A stretch of 64,000 bases of DNA, from NCBI GenBank assembly GCA_963806185.1, contig CAWDXE010000006.1, forward strand, positions 86,064-150,063, in the 5' to 3' direction. Below are positions 23,305-33,809 of this stretch, piece after piece. The translations under genes and the position numbers were made by a program. This stretch comes from an uncultured candidate division Zixibacteria bacterium (GTDB taxonomy: Bacteria; Zixibacteria; MSB-5A5; GN15; FEB-12). A model generated the notes under the pieces. It had not been told where the DNA came from and ran no database searches. It saw nothing but the letters and a program-made list of their open reading frames with translations. Position 1 is the stretch's first letter. Every line of letters begins with the position of its first letter.

Positions 23305-23531
23305 ATTCCTTTCACTCCTGATACCTAATATCAACCCCGCGACGTCTGCATCGCCGCTCATCGTTACAATCGTTTGCTATCGTCTCTATCGTGCAATAGA
23401 CAAGTTATCTCTGATGAGTGGGTCGGCAAGAACCAGTGCATCAGTCTGCACTGTTACTGGAAGATTACGGCTTGAGAACGCGTGAGCCGGAATCTCCACG
23501 AGTCCCCGCCGGCCACCTGTCATGTATGAGT

Positions 23532-23561
23532 AGACTACGACCACCTGCTATAATGTGTCAA
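23532..23561 (-). promoter_or_regulatory. Putative sigma70 promoter
   Basis: TTGACA-18 nt-TAGTCT upstream of the small secreted ORF. Confidence 0.4.
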
Positions 23562-23840
23562 GGGAAAAACGCAGAAAAGACTCTAAAAGTGGAAATAGTT
23601 ATCTCTGACTGATGGTATCAGTGATGAAGCGACATGACACTGTGTGACAACAATCCGTCACTGCCAATTTTATCGTGAAGCATTACAATCGGTTGGCCAT
23701 TTCTTGCCACTTCCGTCGCCTCTTTGCTTCTCCCCGCTACACCCACCCCGCCGTTTTAACCTTGCTTCCCTCTCCCCCGCTTGTTACGCTATCCCCACAC
23801 CGCGCCACTGCTTGGCCGGCCTGAAACGGTAAGAGGAACC

Positions 23841-25184
23841 ATGACCATCAACCCGTCTATTTTCAAAGCGTATGATATCCGGGGCACCTACCCCGAACAA
23901 CTCGCCGAGGAACAAGCCTACGCCATCGGCGCCGCCATCGCCACCTATCTCAAACCCAAAGCCATCGCCGTCGGCCGCGACATGCGCATCTCCTCCGGCC
24001 CGCTCTTCGACGCCGTCGCGCGCGGCATCAATGACTGCGGCGTCGACGTGATCGATCTCGGCCTCGTCTCCACCGACGGCCTTTACTTCGCCGTCGGCAA
24101 ATTCGGCTACGACGGCGGCATTATGATCACCGCCAGTCACAATCCGAAACAGTACAACGGATTCAAGGTCTGCCGCAAAAATGCCGAACCGCTCTCCGGC
24201 TCTGAAGGACTCGACGAAATCCTCAAATCGATTCAGGAAAACCGCCACATCACCAAGGCCGGCACGCGCGGCGCCATTGTCCGCAAAGACATTTCCGAAG
24301 CGTACGCCGATCATTGCCTGTCGTTTATTGACCGCAGCAAAATCCGGCCGTATTCGATTGTCATCGACGCCGGCAATGGTATGGCGGGCGCCACTCTCCC
24401 CCCCGTGCTCGATCAACTGCCCATCACCGTCCATCGGCTCTATTTCGATCTCGACGGCTCTTTTCCGAATCATCCCGCTTCACCAATCGAACTTGAAAAC
24501 CTGGTCGACCTGCAGAAGAAAATCGCCGAGACCAAAGCCGATTTCGGCGTGGCGTTTGACGGCGACGCAGATCGGATGTTTCTCCTCGACAAATTCGGCA
24601 CTCAGCTCGGCGGCGATATGGTGACGGCACTTGTATCCAAATCCCTTTTGACCAAACACCCGGGCGAAACCATCCTCTACAACCTGATCTGCTCGCACGC
24701 CGTCCCGGAACTGGTCCAGCGCATGGGCGGCAAGCCGATCCGCACTCGCGTTGGCCACGCCCTGATCAAACCGCTCATGAAGAAATACAACGCCATCTTC
24801 GGCGGCGAACATTCCGGCCATTTCTATTTTCGCGACTTCTGGTTCGCCGACTCCGGTCTGATCGCATTTTTGGTTTGCCTCGAGCTGATCTCGATGGAGA
24901 ACCGCCCCCTGCACGAAATGGTCAAGCAGATCGACCCGTATGTCCGCTCCGGCGAAATCAACAGCCGCGTCGAATCGATTGCCGAAACCATCAACCGCGT
25001 GAAGGCGAACTTCAAGGACGGCAAACTGGACGAGATCGACGGCGTCACGATCGAGTATCCCGATTTCTGGTTCAACTTGCGGCCGTCCAACACCGAGCCG
25101 CTCCTGCGGCTCAACGCCGAGGCCAACAACAAGACCACGCTGGATCAGACGGTTGACCGTCTTTTGAAAATCATTCGGGGGTGA
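23841..25184 (+). CDS. manB: Phosphomannomutase/phosphoglucomutase
   Basis: IFKAYDIRG, ITASHNP, FDGDADR, GEHSGH and RPSNTEP motifs. Confidence 0.95.
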   Translation: MTINPSIFKAYDIRGTYPEQLAEEQAYAIGAAIATYLKPKAIAVGRDMRISSGPLFDAVARGINDCGVDVIDLGLVSTDGLYFAVGKFGYDGGIMITASHNPKQYNGFKVCRKNAEPLSGSEGLDEILKSIQENRHITKAGTRGAIVRKDISEAYADHCLSFIDRSKIRPYSIVIDAGNGMAGATLPPVLDQLPITVHRLYFDLDGSFPNHPASPIELENLVDLQKKIAETKADFGVAFDGDADRMFLLDKFGTQLGGDMVTALVSKSLLTKHPGETILYNLICSHAVPELVQRMGGKPIRTRVGHALIKPLMKKYNAIFGGEHSGHFYFRDFWFADSGLIAFLVCLELISMENRPLHEMVKQIDPYVRSGEINSRVESIAETINRVKANFKDGKLDEIDGVTIEYPDFWFNLRPSNTEPLLRLNAEANNKTTLDQTVDRLLKIIRG

Positions 25185-25190
25185 ACAGCC

Positions 25191-25940
25191 ATGGCACGAG
25201 CGTCAATTCTGGTTGTCGATGATGACGAGCTGCTGCTCGAACTGCTGGTTGATACGCTGACGGCTGTCGGCTACGACGCGGTCGGGGCGCCCGGCGGCAT
25301 CGAGGCGCTCGACGTCCTTCAGGATCGGAAGTTTGACCTGATGATCACCGACATCAAGATGCCGAATATCGACGGCCTGCAGTTGCTCAAGCGGGTGAAA
25401 CGCCATTACCCCGCTATGCCGGTACTCTTCATCACCGGCGTCGCTTCGCCCGAGATAATCGGTCATACCGAAGCTGACGGTTTCCTCGCCAAGCCGTTCC
25501 GTATCCAGGCCATTGAAGAATTAATCGAATCGGCCCTGCACCAGAAGCCGGTTTCAGCCGAACACCAGCGCCGGATTCTACTGGTCGGGATGGATCGAAG
25601 TTTCGGCGATGTGTTAAGTGAAGGATTGAACTGCCGGCATTACCTGCCGTTCCCGCATCAGACGCTGAAAGAGGCACTTCACGATCTGGAAAACGGTTCG
25701 TTCGACGCGGTCATCGCCGACACCGAGCATTCGCACACCGGCGTGAGCGACATGGTCGAACAGATCCGTTCGCTTGGCCCGCGTATTCCGCTCGTATTGG
25801 TGGGACAGTCTTTCCCGAATGAAGTGATTGATCGGTATCGCGACCGCTTCAACGTTTCGGCTTTTCTGGAGAAACCGTTCAAGGTCGGCCAGGTGATCGA
25901 CGTGTTGGACCGCCTGACCTCGTCGGTCTCGAGCAACTGA
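25191..25940 (+). CDS. Response regulator with two receiver domains and no output domain
   Basis: First REC: ILVVDDD..ITDIKMP..LAKPF. Second, degenerate REC: ILLVGMD..IADTE..LEKPF. Confidence 0.85.
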   Translation: MARASILVVDDDELLLELLVDTLTAVGYDAVGAPGGIEALDVLQDRKFDLMITDIKMPNIDGLQLLKRVKRHYPAMPVLFITGVASPEIIGHTEADGFLAKPFRIQAIEELIESALHQKPVSAEHQRRILLVGMDRSFGDVLSEGLNCRHYLPFPHQTLKEALHDLENGSFDAVIADTEHSHTGVSDMVEQIRSLGPRIPLVLVGQSFPNEVIDRYRDRFNVSAFLEKPFKVGQVIDVLDRLTSSVSSN

Positions 25941-25980
25941 TTTCCATTATTGATCATTGTACTATGCGGCAATACACACA

Positions 25981-26345
25981 GTGGCCGGCGTACGTCTCGT
26001 GCGCCGGCTCCTTGCCTTTACCCCACTATCATCCCCGCCACCCCAAATGTCATCCCCGCCTTGAGCGGGGACCCAGTCCTGCATCTCTGCGCGATCTTCT
26101 CATACGCCGATTCTTCCTTTGTTTTCAATATTCGCCACCCTCCCCCATCGTCATTCCGGCCCCTTGGTCCGGAACCCATGGGTCGAATTATCAGACGTGG
26201 TGTCAGGCCCCCGCGCCCGGCACCGATTCCACTCATTGCGAGGAGCGCAGCGACGAAGCAACCTCATGACAATCGACGTCCTGTGCGCGGCAGGCGTCCT
26301 CGCCTGCCCGATCGATGCAGGGGCAGGTCAAGAGCCCTGCCGCCC
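25981..26345. repeat. Mosaic of partly degenerate REP-like palindromes
   Basis: GTGGCCGGCGTACGTCTCGTGCGCCGGC, GTCATCCCCGCCTTGAGCGGGGACCCAG, TCATTGCGAGGAGCGCAGCGACGAAGCAACCTC and GGGCAGGCGTCCTCGCCTGCCC. Confidence 0.7.
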
Positions 26346-27206
26346 ACGAGGGTCAGTCATCCGGGAAGGTATCTCTCCACTCCCCATTCCCCCGACAGGT
26401 TTGATGTGCACCCCACCTGCAGTCGAATAGATGCCCGCCATCAGAACGAAGTTAAAATCCGTGCATCTCAATTCAACCCTGATTGATCCCGAATCTGCCT
26501 GCTTTACAAATACCAACAGCGAATCCAGGTAGGTCCCGTCTGGTCTGAGACTACCCTGCGAGCTTCTCGGAACAAGCGCAATTACAGCATCCGAACCCTG
26601 CGCCTCCAGCGTCGGATTTGGACATGCACCGCTCTTCTTCGGCTGGTATGAAACCGACAGCCAGGCTGTCGTGTCGTCAACTTGCTTCATCACCGCCAGT
26701 ATTGGAGTCCCTACGGAGGAGTCTATCTTCGGGAATTCTCCGGGACGAATGTTCCCCCGTATTTTTCCTTTCTCCAACTCCGGCTCATACCGGAAGACGA
26801 GTCGCGGATCACCATCCCACACTTCCAGCGAATCGGCGGTCAATACGAAATATCGCATGGTCGCCCAATGTACTCCGTCGCAGTTTATTGTTACCGTCAG
26901 GGCACTGGTGTCGGGCGTGGGAAAGCGCAGAGATGCTGTTTCCCGCATATAGCGTGTACTGTCAACTGTAAGCGGCTTGGGTGCGATCGGCAACATGACG
27001 ATTGAACTGTCACCCTGAATTGCCACTTGTGCGTTGGCACAACTAATTCTCGATTCTGAGACAAATATGTTCACCTCGGCTGTCTTGGCCCCAAAATCGT
27101 AGTTGATCACCTTCACTTGCACGTCGTATTGAGGCGGAGGTGGTTTTGGTACTCTCGCACCAGCGAGCGGCGCCATAGCGATTCCCAGTAGAGCAGCTAT
27201 CAACAT
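26328..27206 (-). CDS. Hypothetical secreted protein with two similar beta-sandwich-like domains
   Basis: Signal peptide MLIAALLGIAMAPLAGA. The two halves share TA.v...C.N.....QG.....+.P...........D+..+.V.+.C. Start codon uncertain. Confidence 0.6.
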   Translation of the reverse strand: MLIAALLGIAMAPLAGARVPKPPPPQYDVQVKVINYDFGAKTAEVNIFVSESRISCANAQVAIQGDSSIVMLPIAPKPLTVDSTRYMRETASLRFPTPDTSALTVTINCDGVHWATMRYFVLTADSLEVWDGDPRLVFRYEPELEKGKIRGNIRPGEFPKIDSSVGTPILAVMKQVDDTTAWLSVSYQPKKSGACPNPTLEAQGSDAVIALVPRSSQGSLRPDGTYLDSLLVFVKQADSGSIRVELRCTDFNFVLMAGIYSTAGGVHIKPVGGMGSGEIPSRMTDPRGRQGS

Positions 27207-27510
27207 TATTGCAACTGGCTTTGCCACTGATAAAAAAAACCGCTCGCATCCGATTGTGGCCGCCCTTCCGGCAGCCAGTTGCTCGAGAACTGATCTCGAC
27301 CATGCGATCCCCTCCTGCTGAAATACTTGATCCGGACTAGCGGGAGCCTGGAAGCAGGCTCGCATTCCGATTCAGCTCCATCGCCGATACACAGATCTGC
27401 CTGAATTCTTCCCACCGTTCCACCCTGGATGTACACGAACGTGTACCGCTGCGCCCATCTTGGCAAAGGCTGCTGCAATTGTCAAGCGGGAAATCCCTCC
27501 CATAAATCAA

Positions 27511-27543
27511 GAGCCCCGCATCACTGCGGGGCTCCTGTCTTTG
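27511..27543. terminator. Terminator hairpin after the second T9SS-CTD gene
   Basis: GAGCCCCGCA-TCAC-TGCGGGGCTC perfect stem ~30 nt downstream of the stop codon. Confidence 0.7.
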
Positions 27544-27565
27544 CTTCGCTGAGAGAAGGCGATGC

Positions 27566-30209
27566 TTACTTAACGAGCATCATCTTCTTCACGTTGGAGA
27601 ACTCGCCGGACGTGAGCTTATAGAAGTACACGCCGCTAGCTACTGAGCTGGCATCCCACTCAACTGAGAAGAAGCCCGCTTCTTGAGCCGTACCGTTGAA
27701 GGTGGTGACAGACTGCCCCTGGATGTTGTAAATCGTCAGGGAGTAGTCGCCGGCCTTCGGCAGAGCGAACTCAATTGTCGTGCTCGGGTTGAACGGGTTC
27801 GGATAGTTCTGCGACAGCGCGTACGCGCGCGGAACCAGTTTCGCCGCAACCGGCTGGCCGAGAACGGTCGCCATTTCGATGGAGACCATTTCGCCGGACA
27901 CTTCAAGGAAGTTACCGGTGAAGCCAGTCATGCTGCCGTGTTCGAAATCGGGATGGATGATGATCCGAGTGATATTGGCACTCTGATCATACTCATAGCC
28001 CATCACCGCACTAGTCAGATTCTTAGGCGTCTGGTTGCCGGCAACCACGACAGCCACGGCACCCATCTCGGCATCAACCGAGTAGACACCACCGTCGTTG
28101 CTCCAGATAGCGTTGGCTACGCTGACCTTATCGTACGGAGCGGCATCGCCCACGACGACACGGATCAAGTAGACCAGGTCGGCCACTGAAAGCGGGATAC
28201 CGTCAGCATTGACGTCGGAAGCTGCAATCGCACCCTGCGTCGCATAAGTCGGCGGGATGCAAAGCGGGCAATCCGGCGGGAACGCGGCCAGACCCTTGAT
28301 GAAGTACTGGGTGAACATAACGGCGTCAGCGATTTCGTAGCCCAGGCCGTTCAAGGTTGATATCACCACGAGCGTCGATCGAGTCGGCGCAGATGACGTC
28401 GACACCACCGTTGAGGAAGTCGATCCAAGCGAACCGGTTTACCCTTCGCCGGATACATCACACTCAGGCGATGTCGGACCGGTGTAAGACGGCATCGGAG
28501 CGCTGAAATCAGTGATATCGACGTAGGTGTCGCCACCGGCGTCGCCGTAGTAGTCAAACACATTCTTCGCGAGGAAGAGAGTGTCACCACCTACGACTCG
28601 AAAGCGTATTATCTCCGCAGTCCATCCAGAAGAACTTCACGGGCAGCAGCTGGCATTCATACGTCCGATCGTTCGAAACGAGGAACTTAAGAACGGCCAG
28701 TTGGAAGGGTCAACAAGCGGATCGCCGACCATATAGCAATCAGGATGATTCGCACCGTTGTTTGTTTCAGCCATAGCGACGATGCGAACAAGACCGCTCG
28801 GGCAGCCATTGCCGCAATTGCCGTTCGGACCAAAGCGATACGTGAAATATTCCCAGCCGCAATCCTTGATGAACTGACCCTCTTTGACCTCGGTCAAACT
28901 CAACCCAGTCGCATCATAGGCGATGAGGAAGTCGAAACCGCCAATCGGGTAGTTCTCGTACGTCGTGGCCAGCAGTGGTTATGTCAATGGTTGTAAATTG
29001 ACCCTGGAAGACACCCTTACCGTCCGGTCCATGCTGTTTCTGTATGGTGATCTGGAACGGTACCACCTTTACATTGAAGCAGCAAGTATCCGAGTTCGAA
29101 GGATTGTACGTCGGACAAATCGACGTACCGTCCGACACCTTCACACAGATCTGGAACGTGCCGGTATAAGCGCAATCTTCACGGTCGCCCAAGTGACTTC
29201 ACCGGTAACGGGATTGACATTCACCGTACCCGGAGCCGTTGTGCTCACGAGACTGTAGATCAACTGGCCGAGCGGACCGTCGTCAGTAGCACGATACGGT
29301 ATCTTGAGCATGTCACCCCAGCCGAATCGTCTTGGCTGGATCCACCGTCGGGCACGCTAACACCGGTGCGTTGTTCGTCACATTGATGTTGAACGTTACG
29401 GTGTCTTTTGCTCCGCAGGCGTCGGCGGCCACGATCTTAACCGGGTTGACACATACGTCTGCGATCGTCGTAACCCACGAAATGTTGCCATTCGTGGCGT
29501 TGACAGTCAAAGCAGTCGGGCCACTCAGCTTGCTGTAGCTGATGGTCTCGCAGCCATTGAGGGTATCGGGATCGGTAGCATGCGCATTCCCGGTGTAGAC
29601 AAGCCCAAAATGGAGCGTGGCATCGGGTATGGAAGCCAGAATCGGCGCATTGTTTGTTACCGTCACGGTACCTGTTGTCACCGCCACCGGCAGAATGCTG
29701 GCATTGGCGGCGTTGACAAACTGAGTGGTAATCGGTCCAAGCGGGCACCCGCAAGCCGTCGAATATTCGAACGTCCCGCCGGCTAACGCCACCGAGCCAC
29801 CACAGTTATTGCTGGTTTTGAACTTGATCTGGCCAACTACCGTGGACCCAATTTTCAGGGACGAATCGGTAGACTGTAGCCGCATAGCAGCAATTCGGAT
29901 CGTATCCGGGGAGACATGGTTGACACGTGAATAATCGATCACGCGATCATCCAAAGCCGTAAACCCCGGCGCCCACTGGAAGGTTAGGGAATCAAAGAAC
30001 GCGCCGCCGGCCCCGGTTACTTCCAGCACTATTTCCACAGCGCTGACCGAGTCTGCCGAGACCACCGCTGTCACATCGAGAAGACCCCGATCACAGCGTA
30101 GCGAATTCTTCGACTGGACCGTCACCTGATTAGCGAACGATACCGATACCGAAAAAACCACTATAAAGGAGATCAGCAGCAAAGAATATAAGGTTCTTTT
30201 TTGCATCAT
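27566..30209 (-). CDS. Secreted cohesin-like + Ig + cohesin-like + dockerin-like protein with T9SS type-A CTD; paralog of the giant gene, broken by several indels between ~28350 and ~29330
   Basis: Fragments 29313..30209, 28914..29192, 28637..28903 and 27566..28408 are collinear with the C-terminus of the giant protein (CGWEYFTYRFG..GNCG.GCPSG; YEIADAVMFTQYFIKGL; YALSQNYPNPFNP..KKMMLVK); AAGGAG RBS. Confidence 0.8.
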
Positions 30210-30598
30210 TTAATGCTCCTTTAACAACTCTAAAGAACTTTACCTTTTAGGCTATTCACTCAGCCACCACTCTGAAATTACTAACCTAATCTAAAGCCGA
30301 TGTTTTCCAAAATGGACTGGGCATCGGCGCCCACCAATCTCGCTCCAAAGGAACCGGTCAGAACGCGGTGGTAGATTCGCGTGAGAAGTGCGATCTCTGG
30401 TTCGAAATTGTTTGGTGATTTAATGAGAGGTTAAAAACCGTCCAGGTGTTTTCCACCGGATAGTTTTGCAAGTCTCTTGAAAACCTGGAGGATCAGAGCT
30501 TTAATCGACGTAACGCTAAGTTTTAGTTACCGTTACTAAAGGTGCTGAGGATCCAAAACAGAAGCGTCTTAAACACAACTATTTCCCTAGACGAGCAG

Positions 30599-30627
30599 AT
30601 AATACCAACAAACCTTCATTTTGTCAA
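30599..30627 (-). promoter_or_regulatory. Near-consensus sigma70 promoter
   Basis: TTGACA-17 nt-TATTAT, ~390 nt upstream of ATG 30209. Confidence 0.65.
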
Positions 30628-30883
30628 GACTTTTTTCACTTTCCATCCCCATCTGCCGTTGTTCTACAATGTGTAGTAATAATCGCGCCCCCTCCAACCT
30701 CACTCAGAACGATACGCCGAACTCTCCCCACGTCGCCAAATTCGCGCCAAAAACCCCCGCCTCATCTCCGTCCCAAGAGCAAATTCAGCCCCCCCTGTGC
30801 TCCCCCCACGGAGCCTGTCCCACCCCGGCCCCGCCACACTCTCGAAGATCCCGAGTCCCAATCCCCTGCACAACCACATCGGC

Positions 30884-31177
30884 TGTGAAAACAATCACAT
30901 GTCATCCCTCTTTCGCCTGGCTGGCCGGAATCACTCGCGAATACAACCGGGCATGGTTCATTAGTGAATTGTTTCACATATATGGCCAATGGCCCACCTC
31001 CTTCAGGCATTTGACCCCGGCTACTAATTCCCGGCCGCGGCCATGTCCAATCAGGGTCCATAGCGCGCCATCAAGCTAGCCCCAATTTCCTAATAAGTGA
31101 ATTTATTCACAAAGCTAGCCCGCCCCATGCTCCCTGCCATCTCAATCAGGCGGAGCATGCTTGTGATATAATTCACA
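30884..31177. promoter_or_regulatory. Four CRP/Rex-type operator palindromes (T/A)GTGA-N6-TCACA
   Basis: TGTGAaaacaaTCACA (30884), AGTGAattgttTCACA (30963), AGTGAatttatTCACA (31096) and TGTGAtataatTCACA (31162). Confidence 0.6.
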
Positions 31178-31289
31178 AATGATTCGCCGCAAGCTGCGCC
31201 CAATTTCCCCAAGCCATTACTCTGTCAGGTGAATTCAACCACAAGTGAGCAGGCGCGGCAACCGCCCTTGGCGACCGATCAGTCATGCC

Positions 31290-32564
31290 CTAGAACGAAT
31301 AGACCAGCCCCGCAGAAACCAGATAAACCCGGTTGTCCTGTCCGCGATCAGCGTACCAGTCCCATTCGGCCGATGTCAGCATGTCAAAGGACAACCGCCG
31401 CCCGATCTCCAGATCGCCTATCGCCGAAAACCGCAGGACCGTATAATCGGCCTGAAATTCGTCTTCTGTTTTGACATTGCGCCTCGCCCAGACAGCCTCA
31501 ATTGATCCAAAAAGCCCGGCTGCCTGCTGGTAGTCGAGCTTCGCCTTCCCTCCCAGTTCGAGGTAGTCCCCGGCCGCCAATTGCTCGGTCCCCTTTTCGT
31601 CCAGCCAGTCTATTGCCGGCCCGACGCCCAACTCCAAACCGTCCCAAATCGGCCCCACCAGAGTGGCTGATTGCAGTCGCGTATAGTCGCTGCTGAAGGT
31701 CTCAGAGTCTCCAAAATTGGCCAACTCCAACTGGAGCTCCTCAGTCGTCTCCAGCCGGCCGCTCCAGACATGACGACACCGCGAGTCAAGATCGAAGCGC
31801 GTGTAGTCACCCCGCCCCTCAATCTCCTGTAGATTCCGCCGCTCCAGCCGGGCTGATACGTCGAGGTCGGTCTCGCCAAGCTCGCCCAGATAGGTAGTGG
31901 AGAGGCCGTAGCTGTCATAATTCAGGTCCGACGAATCGGCGACGCTTCGGTGGAGGAAGAATAGCTCACTACTGAGGATCGAGAGGCCTGCAAACGTTTG
32001 CATAACTCCCAGCGACCCGCCCCACCTATGGTAGCTGTAGACGTAGTCCGAAGACTGGTCGAACGACACGAAATCCGTCCTGAGCTGCCCGGTCAGCGAG
32101 AAGCTGCCCGACACGGGGTAGCCCAGTTTGACTCGCGAATCCCCGAGGAAATACTCATCTCCCGGCTTGGTCGAGTCGCGATAACGTATCTGCCTCGAGA
32201 GATCGGTAGTCCAACTCAGTTTGGCCCTCCGCCAGGACGGCCGAATTTCCGATCGAAATTTTACACGCAATAGCTCGGGAGTCTGCTCCAGCGAGCCGCG
32301 AAGGTCATACCGGCCGGGCCGGTCTCTCCACCGTGCTTCGAGCATCGCCCTGAAATCATCCAGATAGGTTGTCTTGATGGTGGTGGCGACGGCCAGTGAA
32401 TCGGCCGTAGAGCTGGTTAGCGAATCGTGGAAGAAATCCTGCGAAAAGAAATCGTACCCCATCCCGGCACGAAAACGCCAACCGGAGGTTTGACCGTACA
32501 GATCGCTACCTCCGGCGGCAACTAGCGTCACAAGGAAGAAGAACAGACGGAAAAATCGAAACAA
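31290..32564 (-). CDS. Hypothetical outer-membrane beta-barrel protein
   Basis: Signal peptide, amphipathic beta strands and a C-terminal beta-signal (VSAGLVYSF). Confidence 0.7.
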   Translation of the reverse strand: MFRFFRLFFFLVTLVAAGGSDLYGQTSGWRFRAGMGYDFFSQDFFHDSLTSSTADSLAVATTIKTTYLDDFRAMLEARWRDRPGRYDLRGSLEQTPELLRVKFRSEIRPSWRRAKLSWTTDLSRQIRYRDSTKPGDEYFLGDSRVKLGYPVSGSFSLTGQLRTDFVSFDQSSDYVYSYHRWGGSLGVMQTFAGLSILSSELFFLHRSVADSSDLNYDSYGLSTTYLGELGETDLDVSARLERRNLQEIEGRGDYTRFDLDSRCRHVWSGRLETTEELQLELANFGDSETFSSDYTRLQSATLVGPIWDGLELGVGPAIDWLDEKGTEQLAAGDYLELGGKAKLDYQQAAGLFGSIEAVWARRNVKTEDEFQADYTVLRFSAIGDLEIGRRLSFDMLTSAEWDWYADRGQDNRVYLVSAGLVYSF

Positions 32565-32591
32565 TCGGCGATGGCCCCACTCAGCGATTGA

Positions 32592-33644
32592 TTAATGCGT
32601 GGCGCCAATATAATCGTCCACTTTGTCAATCGCAAGGTGAGCCGCTTGGAGCGAGGCTTCCGCCCCGGAGAGGTTGCCTGCCTCTATCTCCATTTTTGCC
32701 TTAGCCAACAACTCTCTGGCCTGGTCCAAAAGGGCCCGGGCTTGAGTGCCCGTATCGCCGGTAAGGCTTGTCACCGGCTCCGCCAGTCGATCCACGTCGC
32801 CCTTCAGCGCCTCGTAACGCTGACTGACCCGTGAAAGATCACTGGCAGCCGTCCCTCCGCATTCGCGAATCGCCTTTTGGGCCAGGTCCCGTGCCGTTTG
32901 GAGTGCCTTGAGGGCCTGCGCCGCCTTACCGGCGGTGTTGAGCTCCTGAGCCAATTGAAGGTTCTTTTCAGCTTGCTCAGCAGCCGTCTTTCCAGCCTCG
33001 GAACTGCAGGCCTTGGCGGCGTCAGTCCCCCTGGCTACCAGGTCGATCACTGTCGCCTCGCGGCGAATATACTGTTCCCGAATACGGTCAGCCCCCCTGG
33101 CCGCATCGAGAATGGTCCCTGCCGTTCGCTCCACCTGGTCGGCCAGCTTTATGGCCGGTCGATATTTCTCGCTTCGATAAAACTCCCACGCCCGATCCAG
33201 CGAATTGCGAGCGACCTGATACAGACTCTGCAGACGCGGTAGCTCTGCGTCCGCTATAGCCTGCTGAGCCAACTCCAATTGCTCCTCAGCTCGTTCCAGT
33301 CGCCGCTGCACTGTCCCTTCCTGATTCTCGCTTTGCTTGCTATTCGTCAGGGCGGTTCTAAGCAGTTTCCGAGCTTCGAGTGAGAGCTTCTTGGCAACGC
33401 CATACGCGCCCCGGTTAAAGGCCTCCCAGGCCTTGGCCTGAAGGTCGGTGGAACGGGCCAGAACGTCGAGCGCTATCGGATCGTTGGCGTCCCGAATAAT
33501 CGGCGTGGCATAGTCGATCAACTGATCTGTCTGCTCCAGAATCACCCGGGCACCATTATCGCCGCTTTGCGCAAATGATGCTCCCGTCATCAATAGGAGC
33601 ACGGATCCAAGAAGCACAAAAAATGTCGGTCGCCACATATTCAC
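32592..33644 (-). CDS. Hypothetical periplasmic alpha-helical repeat protein
   Basis: Signal peptide ending SFA; Ala/Glu/Arg-rich helical hairpin repeats (AWEAFNRGAYGVAKKL / AWEFYRSEKYRPAIKL). Confidence 0.75.
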   Translation of the reverse strand: MNMWRPTFFVLLGSVLLLMTGASFAQSGDNGARVILEQTDQLIDYATPIIRDANDPIALDVLARSTDLQAKAWEAFNRGAYGVAKKLSLEARKLLRTALTNSKQSENQEGTVQRRLERAEEQLELAQQAIADAELPRLQSLYQVARNSLDRAWEFYRSEKYRPAIKLADQVERTAGTILDAARGADRIREQYIRREATVIDLVARGTDAAKACSSEAGKTAAEQAEKNLQLAQELNTAGKAAQALKALQTARDLAQKAIRECGGTAASDLSRVSQRYEALKGDVDRLAEPVTSLTGDTGTQARALLDQARELLAKAKMEIEAGNLSGAEASLQAAHLAIDKVDDYIGATH

Positions 33645-33669
33645 AGCACAATCCTCTTACGGAGAGTAT

Positions 33670-33685
33670 AACAAGCCCTGTGCCG
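33670..33685 (-). promoter_or_regulatory. Putative sigma54 (-24/-12) promoter
   Basis: CGGCAC-AGGGC-TTGTT versus consensus TGGCAC-N5-TTGC, with palindrome TGTACC-N4-GGTACA at 33760-33775 as a candidate enhancer. Confidence 0.55.
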
Positions 33686-33809
33686 ATCAGATCGGCAACA
33701 ATAACCTATTATCAAACAATATCTTAAACCAGAAAAACAGATCAAGCACAAGTGCGGCCTGTACCGGCGGGTACAACCTCACCGTCCCTTGCCGCACAAC
33801 GGCCACGAC

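Noticed and set aside
1250-28350. Similar dockerin-coding segments as the template/variable repeats of a diversity-generating retroelement
   Set aside because: No reverse transcriptase in the window, and the differences look like ordinary paralog divergence rather than adenine-specific changes.
29313-29315. TGA as selenocysteine or readthrough in the second scaffold gene
   Set aside because: The protein continues in a different frame (..GWGDMLKIPY..), so this is an indel and not an in-frame stop.
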